The notes under the pieces: generated by a model
Told to the model about the DNA's origin: nothing
Seen by the model: the letters and a program-made list of their open reading frames with translations, nothing else
The model's database searches: none
NCBI GenBank assembly: GCA_963767925.1
Contig: CAVYGB010000008.1
Coordinates: 800,001 to 864,000 of the forward strand
Direction: 5' to 3'
Source: an uncultured delta proteobacterium
GTDB lineage: Bacteria; Myxococcota_A; Polyangia; Fen-1088
DNA: 64,000 nt
Shown here: one piece after another, positions 38,143 through 48,343 of the stretch
Layout: every line of letters starts with the position of its first letter
Numbering within the stretch: the stretch's first letter is position 1
Position numbers and translations under genes: made by a program

Positions 38143-39573
38143 GTGAAAACCTTCCTCGACGAAGACTTTCTCCTCCCCAACGAAACCGCGATCCGGCTCT
38201 ACCACGAGCACGCCAAGGGCGAGCCGATCATCGATTATCACTGCCATCTGCCGCCCGACCAGATCGCGAACAACCACCGCTTCGGGAGCCTCACCGAGAT
38301 CTGGCTGAACGGCGACCACTACAAGTGGCGGGCGCTGCGGGCCAACGGGGTGCCCGAGCGGCTCGTCACCGGGCCGGCGTCCGACTGGGAGAAGTTCGAG
38401 GCCTGGGCCAAGACGGTGCCCTATACCCTGCGCAATCCGCTCTACCACTGGACCCACCTCGAGCTGCGGTTCCCCTTCGGGGTCAAGGGCAAGGTCCTCA
38501 ACGAGAAGACGGCCCGCGAGATCTACGATCACTGCGGAAAGCTGCTCGAGCGCGACGACTTCACCACCCAGGGGCTGCTGCGGCAGTACCGGGTGCTGGT
38601 GGTCTGTTCGACCGACGACCCCACCGACTCGCTCGAGCACCACGCCAAACACGCCAAGCAGATCAAGGCGAGCACGACCGCCTCGACCCGCCTGTACCCG
38701 ACCTGGCGGCCCGACCGCTCGCTGGCCGTGCACGACCTGCCGGTCTGGAACGAGTGGGTCAACAAGCTGGAGGCCGCGTCCGGGGTGGCGGTCAAGAGCT
38801 ACGCCACCTTGATCGAGGCGCTCGGCAAGCGGCACGATGTCTTCCACGCCCACGGCTGTCGGGCCTCCGACCACGGGCTCGAGGCGATGTACGCCACGCC
38901 CTATACCGAGCGGGAGGTGGCCGCCGCCTTCGACAAGGCCCGCGCCGGCAAGGCCCTCGGTCCCGACGAGATCGACAAGTTCCGCTCGGCGGTGCTGTAC
39001 GACACGGCGCTGATGGACCACGCCCGGGGCTGGACCCAGCAGTTTCACCTGGGGGCCATGCGCAACAACAACAGCCGCATGTTCAAGACCCTGGGCCCCG
39101 ACACCGGCTTCGATTCGATCGGTGATCTGCCCCAGGCCTCGGCGGTGGCGCGGTTCCTGGATCGGCTCGAGAGCACCGGCCAGCTCCCGAAGACGATCCT
39201 CTACAACCTCAACCCGGCGGACAACGAGGCCCTGGCTACCGTGCTGGGAAACTTCAACGACGGATCGATCCCCGGGAAGATGCAGTTCGGCAGCGCCTGG
39301 TGGTTCTTGGATCAGCTCGACGGCATGGAGAAGCAGATCAACGCCCTCTCCAACATGGGCCTGCTGTCTCGCTTCGTGGGCATGTTGACCGACTCGCGCA
39401 GCTTCCTGTCGTACTCCCGGCACGAGTACTTCCGGCGGCTGCTCTGCGCCATGATAGGGACCGACGTCGAGCGGGGGGTGCTCCCCAACGACATCTCGCT
39501 GCTGGGCGGGCTGGTCAGGGACGTCTGCTTCCGCAATGCCCGCGGCTACTTCGGGTTTGACCTCGACTCGTAA
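38143..39573 (+). CDS. uxaC: Glucuronate isomerase
   Basis: IIDYHCHL, GDHYKWR, NPLYHWTHLEL, AWWFLD, GMLTDSRSFLSY, RHEYFRR. Confidence 0.96.
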   Translation: MKTFLDEDFLLPNETAIRLYHEHAKGEPIIDYHCHLPPDQIANNHRFGSLTEIWLNGDHYKWRALRANGVPERLVTGPASDWEKFEAWAKTVPYTLRNPLYHWTHLELRFPFGVKGKVLNEKTAREIYDHCGKLLERDDFTTQGLLRQYRVLVVCSTDDPTDSLEHHAKHAKQIKASTTASTRLYPTWRPDRSLAVHDLPVWNEWVNKLEAASGVAVKSYATLIEALGKRHDVFHAHGCRASDHGLEAMYATPYTEREVAAAFDKARAGKALGPDEIDKFRSAVLYDTALMDHARGWTQQFHLGAMRNNNSRMFKTLGPDTGFDSIGDLPQASAVARFLDRLESTGQLPKTILYNLNPADNEALATVLGNFNDGSIPGKMQFGSAWWFLDQLDGMEKQINALSNMGLLSRFVGMLTDSRSFLSYSRHEYFRRLLCAMIGTDVERGVLPNDISLLGGLVRDVCFRNARGYFGFDLDS

Positions 39574-40114
39574 AGGGGGCGGCAAAGGCGGCCCCCCGGC
39601 CCGGCTCACCCACCTCGACGCCCGGGGCCGGGCGCGCATGGTCGACGTCGGCGCCAAACCGGAGACCCACCGGGTGGCGGTCGCCGAGGCGCTGATCATC
39701 ATGCGCCCGGCGACCCTCGCGCTCGTGGTGGCGGGGTCGGGCAAGAAGGGGGACGCCCTCTCCACCGCCCGCATCGCCGCCCTGGCCGCCCTCAAGCGGA
39801 CGTCCGAGCTGATCCCCCTTTGCCATCCGGTCCGGGTGGTGGGCAGCGACGTGACCCTCACGCCCGATCCCCGCCTGCCGGGGGTGCGGGCGCGGGTGGA
39901 GGTCCAGGCCTTCGATCGCACGGGGGTGGAGATGGAGGCCATGGTCGGGGCCGCCGCCGCCGCCTTGACCCTCTACGACATGGTCAAGGGGGTCGAGCGC
40001 GGCGTCGTGATCGGTCCGATTCGCTTGCTGGAGAAGCGGGGCGGCCGCTCCGGCGTCTGGCGCAGCGAGGAGGACGGCGCGCGCGGCGTGGCGAAGTCCA
40101 GCCGGGTGCGCTAA
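39557..40114 (+). CDS. moaC: Cyclic pyranopterin monophosphate synthase (start uncertain)
   Basis: LTHLD..MVDV, LIPLCHP, TGVEMEA, LYDMVK, LLEKRGG. Confidence 0.93.
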   Translation: MTSTRKGGGKGGPPARLTHLDARGRARMVDVGAKPETHRVAVAEALIIMRPATLALVVAGSGKKGDALSTARIAALAALKRTSELIPLCHPVRVVGSDVTLTPDPRLPGVRARVEVQAFDRTGVEMEAMVGAAAAALTLYDMVKGVERGVVIGPIRLLEKRGGRSGVWRSEEDGARGVAKSSRVR

Positions 40115-40139
40115 ATCCGCGGGAGGAGCACATTCGTTC

Positions 40140-41111
40140 ATGAGCAGTTCCGAGAGCGCCAAGGTCGTGATCATCGGGTCCGGTCCAGCCGGGTACACCG
40201 CGGCCGTCTATTCGGCCCGGGCCAACCTGGAGCCCATCCTGTTCGAGGGCGGCGGCGCCCTCATCGAGCCGATCACCATCCCCGGCGGTCAGCTCATGAT
40301 CACGACCGAAGTGGAGAACTATCCCGGGTTCCCGAAGGGGATCCAGGGACCGGAGCTCATGGACCTGTTCAAGGAGCAGGCGATCCGGTTCGGGACGCGG
40401 GTGCGCACCACCGACGTCACCGCGGTCGACCTGTCGGCGCGCCCCTTCCGGGTGACCGCGGGGGAGGAGCAGGTGCTGGCCGAGTCCCTCATCGTGGCCA
40501 CGGGCGCCTCGGCCAAGTGGCTCGGCATCCCCTCCGAGCAGCGGCTCCAGAACCACGGGGTCTCGGCCTGCGCCACCTGCGACGGCGCCCTGTTCAAGGG
40601 CCGCGAGCTGGTCGTGGTGGGGGGCGGCGACACCGCCATGGAAGAGGCGACCTTCCTGACCCGCTTCGCCACCAAGGTGACCATCGTGCACCGGCGCGAG
40701 GAGTTCCGGGCCTCGAAGATCATGCTCGACCGCGCCCGGCGCAACCCGCGCATCGAGTTCGTCCTCAACGCCGTGGTCGAGGAGATCATCGGTCAGGCCC
40801 CGCGCCCGGGGGTGACCGGGGTGGTGTTGAAGAGCACAAAGACCGGGGGCGAAGCGGGCAAGACCTGGACGCTCCCGGCCGGCGGGGTGTTCGTGGCCAT
40901 CGGGCACGAGCCCAACTCGCGCCTGTTCAAGGGCTTGCTCGACATGGACGACGCCGGCTACCTGCGCACGCGCCCCGGCTCCACCGCTACCAACGTCGCG
41001 GGTGTGTTCGCGTGCGGGGATGTAGCCGACAAGGTCTACCGGCAGGCGGTGACCGCCGCCGGCACCGGCTGCATGGCCGCCATCGACGCCGAGCGGTTCC
41101 TGGCCCATTAG
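40140..41111 (+). CDS. trxB: Thioredoxin reductase
   Basis: [35 protein letters not shown]. Confidence 0.96.
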   Translation: MSSSESAKVVIIGSGPAGYTAAVYSARANLEPILFEGGGALIEPITIPGGQLMITTEVENYPGFPKGIQGPELMDLFKEQAIRFGTRVRTTDVTAVDLSARPFRVTAGEEQVLAESLIVATGASAKWLGIPSEQRLQNHGVSACATCDGALFKGRELVVVGGGDTAMEEATFLTRFATKVTIVHRREEFRASKIMLDRARRNPRIEFVLNAVVEEIIGQAPRPGVTGVVLKSTKTGGEAGKTWTLPAGGVFVAIGHEPNSRLFKGLLDMDDAGYLRTRPGSTATNVAGVFACGDVADKVYRQAVTAAGTGCMAAIDAERFLAH

Positions 41112-41152
41112 GGGACCGCCCCAGGGCCGCATTTGTGCGGCATAATGAGCGC

Positions 41153-41734
41153 GTGAGTGACGAGTGGTTGGCTCCGACGGTCGCGGGTGCGTCCGGCGTA
41201 CCCGAGCCGGCGCCGAGCCCAGCGACTGACCAGGACGACGATCCCGACAGCCCGGACGCTCGCGTCGCGCGGGCGGACAACGTCCGCCTGCTGGCCCGGA
41301 TCAACCTGTTCTCGGGGTTACCGCCGGTCTACCTGCAGCGGATCGAGGCGCTCGGCCAGGTGGAGAGCCACCCGGGCGGAGCCCAGGTGTTCGCCGAGGG
41401 GAGCCCGGGCGACAAGGTGTACTTGATCCTGGAGGGGAAGGTCCGCATCTCGCGCAACGTGCCCGGCATCGGGGAGGAGGCGCTGGCGGTCCTCAAGGCC
41501 GGGGACTACTTCGGCGAGATGGCCCTGATCGACGATTTTCCCCGGAGCGCCGACGCCCGGGTCCACGAGCCCGCCCGGCTGTTCGTGATCTCGAAGGAGC
41601 ACCTGCAGGACCTCCTCTTCATCGATCGCGAGCTGGCCTACGAGTTGCTGTGGAACTTCGTCCGCACGCTCAGCAACCGCCTGCGCGAGACCAACGACAA
41701 GATGACCTTCCTCGCGGCTTCGAGTCGGTTCTAG
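41153..41734 (+). CDS. Cyclic nucleotide-binding domain protein
   Basis: FGEMALIDDFPRSA cNMP signature. Confidence 0.85.
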   Translation: MSDEWLAPTVAGASGVPEPAPSPATDQDDDPDSPDARVARADNVRLLARINLFSGLPPVYLQRIEALGQVESHPGGAQVFAEGSPGDKVYLILEGKVRISRNVPGIGEEALAVLKAGDYFGEMALIDDFPRSADARVHEPARLFVISKEHLQDLLFIDRELAYELLWNFVRTLSNRLRETNDKMTFLAASSRF

Positions 41735-41821
41735 CCGAGGGTGCTCCGGCCATCTCTTTCCTTGATCTGGAGCGGCTGGCGTGTTAGCGGAACCCTCGCC
41801 ATTGATCCGGAAGCTAGAAAG

Positions 41822-42058
41822 ATGTGGCTGGTCGCCGGCAGCGCGGGCGCGCTCGGGCTGGAGATCCTGCTTGCCCTCGCCGTCGGCTGGTTCGGGGGGG
41901 AGTATCTCGACCGCAAGCTCGGGACCGCGCCCTGGTTGCAGTGGTTCGGGCTGGCGGTGGGCATCGGCGCGGCGATCAACGCCATGGTCCGGGTCACCCG
42001 GGTCTACAAGAAGTCGCTGAAAGACGATGTTCCTCCTCGGCAAGACCCGAAACCTTGA
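41822..42058 (+). CDS. AtpZ/AtpI family protein (start uncertain)
   Basis: GEYLDRKLGTAPW between two TMs; upstream of atpB. Confidence 0.8.
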   Translation: MWLVAGSAGALGLEILLALAVGWFGGEYLDRKLGTAPWLQWFGLAVGIGAAINAMVRVTRVYKKSLKDDVPPRQDPKP

Positions 42059-42434
42059 CCCGCTGGCGCTCGCGGCCCTGCTGGCCCCGGTCCTGGCCGG
42101 GGCGGTCGTGCTCCTGGCCACCCTCCTGTGGGGACGGCGGGGGCTGACGGCGGCCGGGCTGGGAGCGCTCGTCTCGATCGTCAACCTCTGGGTGCTCAGC
42201 CGGCTCTCTGCCCGGGCCGCCCGCCGGGCGGTGGCCGAGGGGGGGGGACAGGCGGCGGCCTCCGGGCTGCAAGCCGCCCTGAGCGCCAAGACCGCCGTCA
42301 TGCTCGGGGTGGTCGGCCTGCTGGTGGGGGGGGTGGGCGCCGGGCTCGATCCAGCGCCCTTTGCGATGGGACTTCTGGTATCGGTCTTTGCGCTGCTGCT
42401 GGCCGGTCTCTCCGGAGCGGCAGCACTACGGTAA
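42027..42434 (+). CDS. ATP synthase I-like membrane protein
   Basis: Four hydrophobic helices; position between atpZ and atpB. Confidence 0.7.
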   Translation: MFLLGKTRNLDPLALAALLAPVLAGAVVLLATLLWGRRGLTAAGLGALVSIVNLWVLSRLSARAARRAVAEGGGQAAASGLQAALSAKTAVMLGVVGLLVGGVGAGLDPAPFAMGLLVSVFALLLAGLSGAAALR

Positions 42435-42442
42435 AAAAAACG

Positions 42443-43231
42443 ATGGGACCTCACGGCACCTGGTTCGACTTCATCCCCGGTCTGGACGCCTGGAAGCTGC
42501 AGGCCAAGGAGCGGCTCGGCCGCGAGTGGACCTGGCAGGTCTTCCAGTCGACCTACTTCGAGATCACCCACGTCCTCATGGCGGCGCTGGTTGTCCTCCT
42601 GCTGGCGCTCGGCACCTTCTCCTATCGAAGGAAGGTGAACCGCCTGGGCGAGGCGGCGGTCCTGCCCGAGCGGCGCCTGAACCTGCGGGCGGTGTTCGAG
42701 GGGCTGGCCGACATGGTCTTCGGCTTGCTGCAGGGGGTGATGGGGGACAAGAACGCCAGGAAGTACCTGCCCTTTCTGGGGTCCTTCTTCATCTTCATCC
42801 TGGCCTCCAACCTGATCTCGCTGGTCCCGGGCTTCCGGGCCCCGACCGACACGCTGAAGACCAACATCGGCCTGGCGCTGCTCGTCTTTTTGGCCAGCCA
42901 CATCCTGGGGTTCAAGACCCACGGCCTGCATTACCTGGAGCAGTTCACCGGTCACCTGCCGCTCAAGGGGCCCATCGTGGTGCTGCTGCCCTTCATGTTC
43001 GTGATCGAGCTGGTGAGCCACATGATCCGCCCGGCCACCCTGGCCATCCGGCTCATGGCCAACATGTTCGCCGACCACACCGTGGTGGGTGTGTTCTTTC
43101 TCCTCTTCCCGCTTTTTCTGCCGGTGCCCTTCCTCTTGCTAGGCGTGTTCGTCTCGTTCGTGCAGGCTCTCGTCTTCACGGTCCTGTCGGCGACGTACAT
43201 CAACCTGGCTATCGCCCAGGAGGAACACTAA
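42443..43231 (+). CDS. atpB: F0 ATP synthase subunit a
   Basis: ELVSHMIRPATLAIRLMANM, VQALVFTVLS. Confidence 0.95.
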   Translation: MGPHGTWFDFIPGLDAWKLQAKERLGREWTWQVFQSTYFEITHVLMAALVVLLLALGTFSYRRKVNRLGEAAVLPERRLNLRAVFEGLADMVFGLLQGVMGDKNARKYLPFLGSFFIFILASNLISLVPGFRAPTDTLKTNIGLALLVFLASHILGFKTHGLHYLEQFTGHLPLKGPIVVLLPFMFVIELVSHMIRPATLAIRLMANMFADHTVVGVFFLLFPLFLPVPFLLLGVFVSFVQALVFTVLSATYINLAIAQEEH

Positions 43232-43367
43232 GCAGAGCACCGGGAAGAATCGCCGAATCCCGACGACCGCCCGACCGACCCGATCCGAACCCGAAACGAA
43301 CCGAGACCGGACGCGAAGGCAAGACATCCAGTCCGCGAAACCGAGCTTGCAACGGAGGAATCCAGTC

Positions 43368-43706
43368 ATGTACCGAACAATCAAGGCCCTTTCAGCGATG
43401 CTCTTTGGCGCAGTGGCGCTGCTCAGCAGTGCGGTCGCTTTCGCCCAGGACGCGGCCGCGGCATCCGGCAGTGGCACCCGCGAGCTGGGGCTCGCCATCG
43501 GGGCCGGCCTCGCGGTCGGGCTGGCGGCGCTGGGTGGTGGTCTCGGTCAGGGCCGCGCGGCCGCTTCCGCGCTCGACGGCATCGCCCGCAACCCGCAGGC
43601 CTCGGGCAAGATCTTCACCCCGATGATCATCGGGCTGGCCTTGACCGAATCGCTCGTCATCCTGGCGTTCGTCATCGCCTTCAGCTTGTTCGGCAAAATC
43701 GGCTGA
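43368..43706 (+). CDS. atpE: F0 ATP synthase subunit c with N-terminal signal-like extension
   Basis: GGGLGQG, IARNP, LALTES; GGAGG RBS. Confidence 0.95.
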   Translation: MYRTIKALSAMLFGAVALLSSAVAFAQDAAAASGSGTRELGLAIGAGLAVGLAALGGGLGQGRAAASALDGIARNPQASGKIFTPMIIGLALTESLVILAFVIAFSLFGKIG

Positions 43707-43769
43707 CCGGCTGACCGGCCGACCTGGTCGGCCGAGCCAGCGCGGGCTCCCAGCCAAGCACCCACCACC

Positions 43770-44873
43770 ATGGCCATCTCCTGCGGCATCGTCGGTTTGC
43801 CGAACGTCGGCAAGTCGACCTTGTTCAATGCCCTGTCCGCCGCGGGGGCCGCGGTGGCGAACTATCCGTTCTGCACCATCGAGCCCAACGTGGGCGTGGT
43901 CCCCGTCCCCGACCACCGACTCGACGCCCTGGTGGCGCTGTACAAGCCGAAGTCGGTGGTCCGGGCGACCGTCAACTTCGTCGACATCGCGGGGTTGGTG
44001 CGGGGGGCCTCGAAGGGCGAGGGGCTGGGCAACCAGTTCCTCGCCAACATCCGCGAGGTGGACGCCATCTGCCACGTCGTGCGCTGCTTCGAGGATCCCA
44101 ACGTGATCCACGTCGAAGGACGGATCGATCCGGCGGGCGACGTCGCCACCATCGACACCGAGCTCTGTCTCAAGGACCTCGACAGCGTCGACAAGCGCAT
44201 CGAGCGGGCCAAGAAGGCCCTCAAGGGCCCGGCCCCCAAGGAAGAGAAGCTGACGCTCGAGCTGTGCGAGCGCATCCGTCCGGCCCTCGACGCCGGGATC
44301 CCGGTGCGGGCCCAGGGGCTGGGCGAGGCCGACCTGGCCCTCATCCGGGACCTGTTCCTGCTCACCTCCAAGAAGGTCTTCTTCGTGGCCAACGTGGCCG
44401 AGGGCCAGATCGCCAAGGCCGACAGCGATCCCCTGGTGGGAGCGCTGCGCACCCACGCCGCCGCCCAGGGCTCCCCCGTGGTGGCCATCTGCGCGGCGGC
44501 CGAGGCGGAGATCGCCTCGCTGGAGGAGGTTGATCGGCCGGCCTTCCTCGAGAGCCTGGGGCTCAAGGAGCCAGGGCTGCACGGGGTGGCGCGCACCGCC
44601 TACCAGATCCTCGATCTCATCACCTTCCTCACCGCGGGCGAGGACGAGTGCCGGGCCTGGACGGTCAAGCGCGGAGCCCGCGCCCCCCAGGCGGCCGGTG
44701 CCATCCACACCGACTTCGAGCGCGGCTTCATCAAGGCCGAGGTGATCTGGTGGGAGGACCTGGTCCGGCTCCGCTCGGAGGCCGCCTGCCGCTCGGCCGC
44801 CAAGCTTGCCGTCGAGGGCAAGGAGTACGTCGTCCGCGACGGCGACGTCATCCACTTCAAGTTCAACGTGTAG
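43770..44873 (+). CDS. ychF: Ribosome-binding ATPase
   Basis: GLPNVGKST, ANYPFCTIEPN, IHTDFERGFIKAE, FKFNV. Confidence 0.97.
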   Translation: MAISCGIVGLPNVGKSTLFNALSAAGAAVANYPFCTIEPNVGVVPVPDHRLDALVALYKPKSVVRATVNFVDIAGLVRGASKGEGLGNQFLANIREVDAICHVVRCFEDPNVIHVEGRIDPAGDVATIDTELCLKDLDSVDKRIERAKKALKGPAPKEEKLTLELCERIRPALDAGIPVRAQGLGEADLALIRDLFLLTSKKVFFVANVAEGQIAKADSDPLVGALRTHAAAQGSPVVAICAAAEAEIASLEEVDRPAFLESLGLKEPGLHGVARTAYQILDLITFLTAGEDECRAWTVKRGARAPQAAGAIHTDFERGFIKAEVIWWEDLVRLRSEAACRSAAKLAVEGKEYVVRDGDVIHFKFNV

Positions 44874-45456
44874 CGGGAGCGCCCTTGCGGGCCACCAGCC
44901 GAGCCTCGTGGCGGGCCTCCTCGCCGCCAGCCTCGAACCAGCCTTCCTGGTAGGTGACCACCTCGAGGCCCTGCAACAGGCCGGGCAGCTCGCCGTCCCG
45001 GAGCAGGAAGGGGGCCGGGGGGCGGGGGTGGCGCTGCAGGTTGGTCTCGGTCGGCTGCAGGTAGACCAGCAGACCCCCCGGGGCCAGGTGCTCCGGGAAG
45101 GCGGCGAACAGCTCCCGGCGCAAGAAGTTAAAGGAAAGGATGAGGTCGAAGGGTCCCGCCGGCAGGGGGGCCACCTCGAGGTCGGCCGCGCACAGCTCGA
45201 GGGGGACGTCCACCCGGGCGGCGTGGTCCCGGGCCAGGGTCAGGGCCTCGTCCGAGATGTCGACCAGGGTGACCGCCAGGCCCCGCCGGGCCAGCCAGAC
45301 GGCGTTGCGCCCGGCCCCGCCGGCGACGTCGAGGGCCCGGCCGGTGGTCGGTAGCCGGTCGGCGAGGGCGGTCAAGAAGGCGGCTGGTTGCTCGCGGGCG
45401 TAGGCGCTCCCCTCGCGGAAGCGGGCGTTCCACTTTTCACGATCGGCTTGCGACAT
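44863..45456 (-). CDS. Class I SAM-dependent methyltransferase (TehB-like)
   Basis: ALDVAGGAGRNA, VDISD, LAPGG. Confidence 0.85.
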   Translation of the reverse strand: MSQADREKWNARFREGSAYAREQPAAFLTALADRLPTTGRALDVAGGAGRNAVWLARRGLAVTLVDISDEALTLARDHAARVDVPLELCAADLEVAPLPAGPFDLILSFNFLRRELFAAFPEHLAPGGLLVYLQPTETNLQRHPRPPAPFLLRDGELPGLLQGLEVVTYQEGWFEAGGEEARHEARLVARKGAPATR

Positions 45457-46408
45457 CGGTCTTCCCGAGCTGGGTGGCGGCCTCACGCAGGGTGCAGAAA
45501 CGGGCCCCCGCCGCCTTCGCCTGGCGCAAGGTCGCATCCAGGGCGGCGAGCTTGCGGGCCAGCGGCTGCCGGAGGTCGAGCTGACGGGAGACGAGGGCGG
45601 CCGGGATGTGATCCGCGTCGGCGTCGGCCAGGTCGATGCCGTGCAGCTCGAGGTTGAAGAAGGGGGTGCTCAGGGCCGACGCCACCAGGCTGCGCCGGAG
45701 CCACTCGGGAGCCAGGACCAGGGCCGAGCCGTAAACCGGGAGGCGCAGGCCCGGGGTCACCGCCATCGGGAGCTCGAGGATGGGGAGATCGCCGCGGCGG
45801 TAGGCGGCCCCCGCGCGGGGGCGGTACGGCTCGCGCGGCGCCAGCAAGACCTGCGGGCTGTCGAGCACGCTGGCCGAGGTCCGCCCCAGCAGGCGCAGGG
45901 CGGTCATCACCGCGGCCTTCGTCAGGTAATACGGGACCGAGGGGAACGCCGACGAATCGTAGCGGTACCGCCGTTCACACAGCAGCTCGACCAGCGCCGG
46001 CGTGGTTGTGTACCCGGGGGCGCGAAAGCCGACCGGGGCCAGCCCCGCGCAGGCGGCGACCGCCTGGTGGGCCCGGTCCACCTCCTGGCCCATTGCCACC
46101 GGATCGAGGCGGACGAGATCGTAAGGATGTGTGTAGCTGTGGTTGGCCAGCTCGTGGCCCGCCCGCGCCAGCTCGCCCAGGAGGGAGCGGCCCTCGGCGT
46201 CCTGGTCCAGGTCCTGGCCCACGACGAAGAAGGTCGCCCGCACGTCGTGGCGGGCGAACAGCTCGGCGAAGCGGGGCAAGCAGCGGCGGAGGATCGCGAA
46301 GCGCGCCTGCTCGGGCGGGGGGCCGGGCAGGGAATAGATCCGGAAGTAACACTCGACCGCGTCGAGGTCGACGGACACCGAGACCAGCGGCTCCGGCGAG
46401 GTGCCCAC
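45437..46408 (-). CDS. Polysaccharide deacetylase family protein
   Basis: SVDLD, ATFFVVG, HELANHSYTH, GFRAPGY, YDSS. Confidence 0.88.
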   Translation of the reverse strand: MGTSPEPLVSVSVDLDAVECYFRIYSLPGPPPEQARFAILRRCLPRFAELFARHDVRATFFVVGQDLDQDAEGRSLLGELARAGHELANHSYTHPYDLVRLDPVAMGQEVDRAHQAVAACAGLAPVGFRAPGYTTTPALVELLCERRYRYDSSAFPSVPYYLTKAAVMTALRLLGRTSASVLDSPQVLLAPREPYRPRAGAAYRRGDLPILELPMAVTPGLRLPVYGSALVLAPEWLRRSLVASALSTPFFNLELHGIDLADADADHIPAALVSRQLDLRQPLARKLAALDATLRQAKAAGARFCTLREAATQLGKTDVASRS

Positions 46409-46482
46409 TCCCCGGAGGGGTCGAATCGTCACCGGGCAAATGGTAGCAGAGACCGCCGGTGATTCCGGTATTGTGGGATACA

Positions 46483-48279
46483 ATGCCGCCCTCGGACCCT
46501 GCACCTGCCGCTGCGCCCATCCGCTACCGGGTCTCTCTCTCCGACCCGGCCAGCCACGAGATCGAGGTGCGCATGGAGGTGCCCGCGCTGCCCGAGCGCA
46601 CCTTGCTCCGCTTCGGGATGCCGGCCTGGGCCCCCGGCAGCTACATGATCCGCGACTTCGCCCGCCACGTGTACGACCTGCGGGTGGTGGACGGGCGGGG
46701 GCGCGAGCTGCCGGTGGAGCGCCTCGACAAGCAGCGCTGGGAGGTGCTCTCGAGCGGCCAGCCGCTGCGGATCACCTGGCGCGTGTTCGCCTTCGAGGAG
46801 TCGGTGCGCACCTCGTTCTTCGACGACCGGCACGCCTTCTTCAACGGGACGAGCGTGTTCTTCTACCTCGAGGACGAGCTGGGCCGACCCTGTGAGGTGG
46901 AGGTGGAGCCCCGGCGCGGCTGGACCGTGTCGACCCCTCTGCCCCGACTACCCGGCCGCCGGCCGCGCTTCCAGGCGTCGTCCTACGACGAGCTGGCCGA
47001 TTCACCCTTCGAGGTCGGGACCCACGCCCTGCACACCTTCAAGGTCGGACGAACCGCCTTCGAGGTCGCCCTCTACGGTCCCACCAACGCGGTGGTGCCG
47101 CGGCTGCTGGCGAGCCTGCGCAAGATCGTCACGGCCACCGGCGCCATGTTCGGGGGTTTCCCCTTCGACCGTTACCTCTTCATCATCCATTGCCTGCCGG
47201 CGCGGGGCGGGGGCCTCGAGCACGCCTCCTCGTGCACCCTCGACATCGCCGGCTTCGGCTTCGAGGATGAGAAGGGTTATCAGCGCTTCGACGAGCTGGC
47301 CGCCCACGAGTTCTTTCACGCCTGGAACGTGAAGCGGATCCACGACCGGGTCCTGGGGCCCTTCGACTACCGGAAGGAGAGCTATACCCGCCTGCTCTGG
47401 TTCCACGAGGGCTTCACCGAATACATGGAGAGCGTCGTGCTGCTGCGGGCGGGCCTGCTCGACGCCGACACCTACCTCGACGACCTGGCCGACGACTGGC
47501 CCCGCTACCTGGCGCGCCCCGGGCGCAACGTCACCCCCCTGTCGGAGCTGTCCTTCGAGGCCTGGATCAAGCTCTACAAGCCGGCCGACAACCACCTCAA
47601 CCGGACGGTCAGCTACTACGAGAAGGGGAAGTGGGCGGCCCTGGTGCTCGAGATCCTGATGCGCGAAGCGACCCAGGGGCGCCGGGGGGTCGAGCACCTG
47701 TTCCGGCGGCTGTGGAGCCAGTTCGGGCGCCGGGGGGTGGGGCTGACCGAGGCGGACATCCAGGCGGCGGTGGCCGAGACCGCCGGCAAGTCACTGGCCA
47801 GCTATTTCTCCCGCTACATCCGGGGTACGGAGGAGCTGCCGGTGCCGGCGCTGCTGCGGCGGGCCGGCCTGCGGGTGGAGCGGGAGGCCCCCTGGCTGGA
47901 GGAGCGGGAGGGGGATCGGGTGCGCGCCCGGCGGATGCAGGTCTGGACGGGGATCGTCTGGGTGGGTGGCAATTCGAGCGCCGAACGGGCCACCGTCCGG
48001 TCGGTCGTGCCCGACTCACCCGCCTGGCGGGCGGGCCTCACCTACGGCGACGAGGTGATCGCCGTCGAGGGCCACCGGGTCACGGCCGCCACTGCTTCGC
48101 GCCGGCTGGCGGACCGACCCCCGGGGACCCAGATGACGCTGCACCTGTTTCGTCGCGAAGCGCTGCAGACGGTCCGGCTCACCCTGGGTACCTCGACCGA
48201 GCGGAAGCTGGATCTGGCCTTCGCCGAGCGCCCCGCGCAGCTCGCCCGGGCGGTCCGGCACGGCTGGCTGGGGGTCTGA
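46483..48279 (+). CDS. M61 aminopeptidase with PDZ domain
   Basis: MPAWAPGSY, GGLEH, HEFFHAWNVKRI, SYYEKG. Confidence 0.92.
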   Translation: MPPSDPAPAAAPIRYRVSLSDPASHEIEVRMEVPALPERTLLRFGMPAWAPGSYMIRDFARHVYDLRVVDGRGRELPVERLDKQRWEVLSSGQPLRITWRVFAFEESVRTSFFDDRHAFFNGTSVFFYLEDELGRPCEVEVEPRRGWTVSTPLPRLPGRRPRFQASSYDELADSPFEVGTHALHTFKVGRTAFEVALYGPTNAVVPRLLASLRKIVTATGAMFGGFPFDRYLFIIHCLPARGGGLEHASSCTLDIAGFGFEDEKGYQRFDELAAHEFFHAWNVKRIHDRVLGPFDYRKESYTRLLWFHEGFTEYMESVVLLRAGLLDADTYLDDLADDWPRYLARPGRNVTPLSELSFEAWIKLYKPADNHLNRTVSYYEKGKWAALVLEILMREATQGRRGVEHLFRRLWSQFGRRGVGLTEADIQAAVAETAGKSLASYFSRYIRGTEELPVPALLRRAGLRVEREAPWLEEREGDRVRARRMQVWTGIVWVGGNSSAERATVRSVVPDSPAWRAGLTYGDEVIAVEGHRVTAATASRRLADRPPGTQMTLHLFRREALQTVRLTLGTSTERKLDLAFAERPAQLARAVRHGWLGV

Positions 48280-48343
48280 GGCAGCCTGTGCGGCCGGGGG
48301 TGAAAAACCAGAAAAAGCGGGGCAGAATCGAGTGGGGGGTCGA

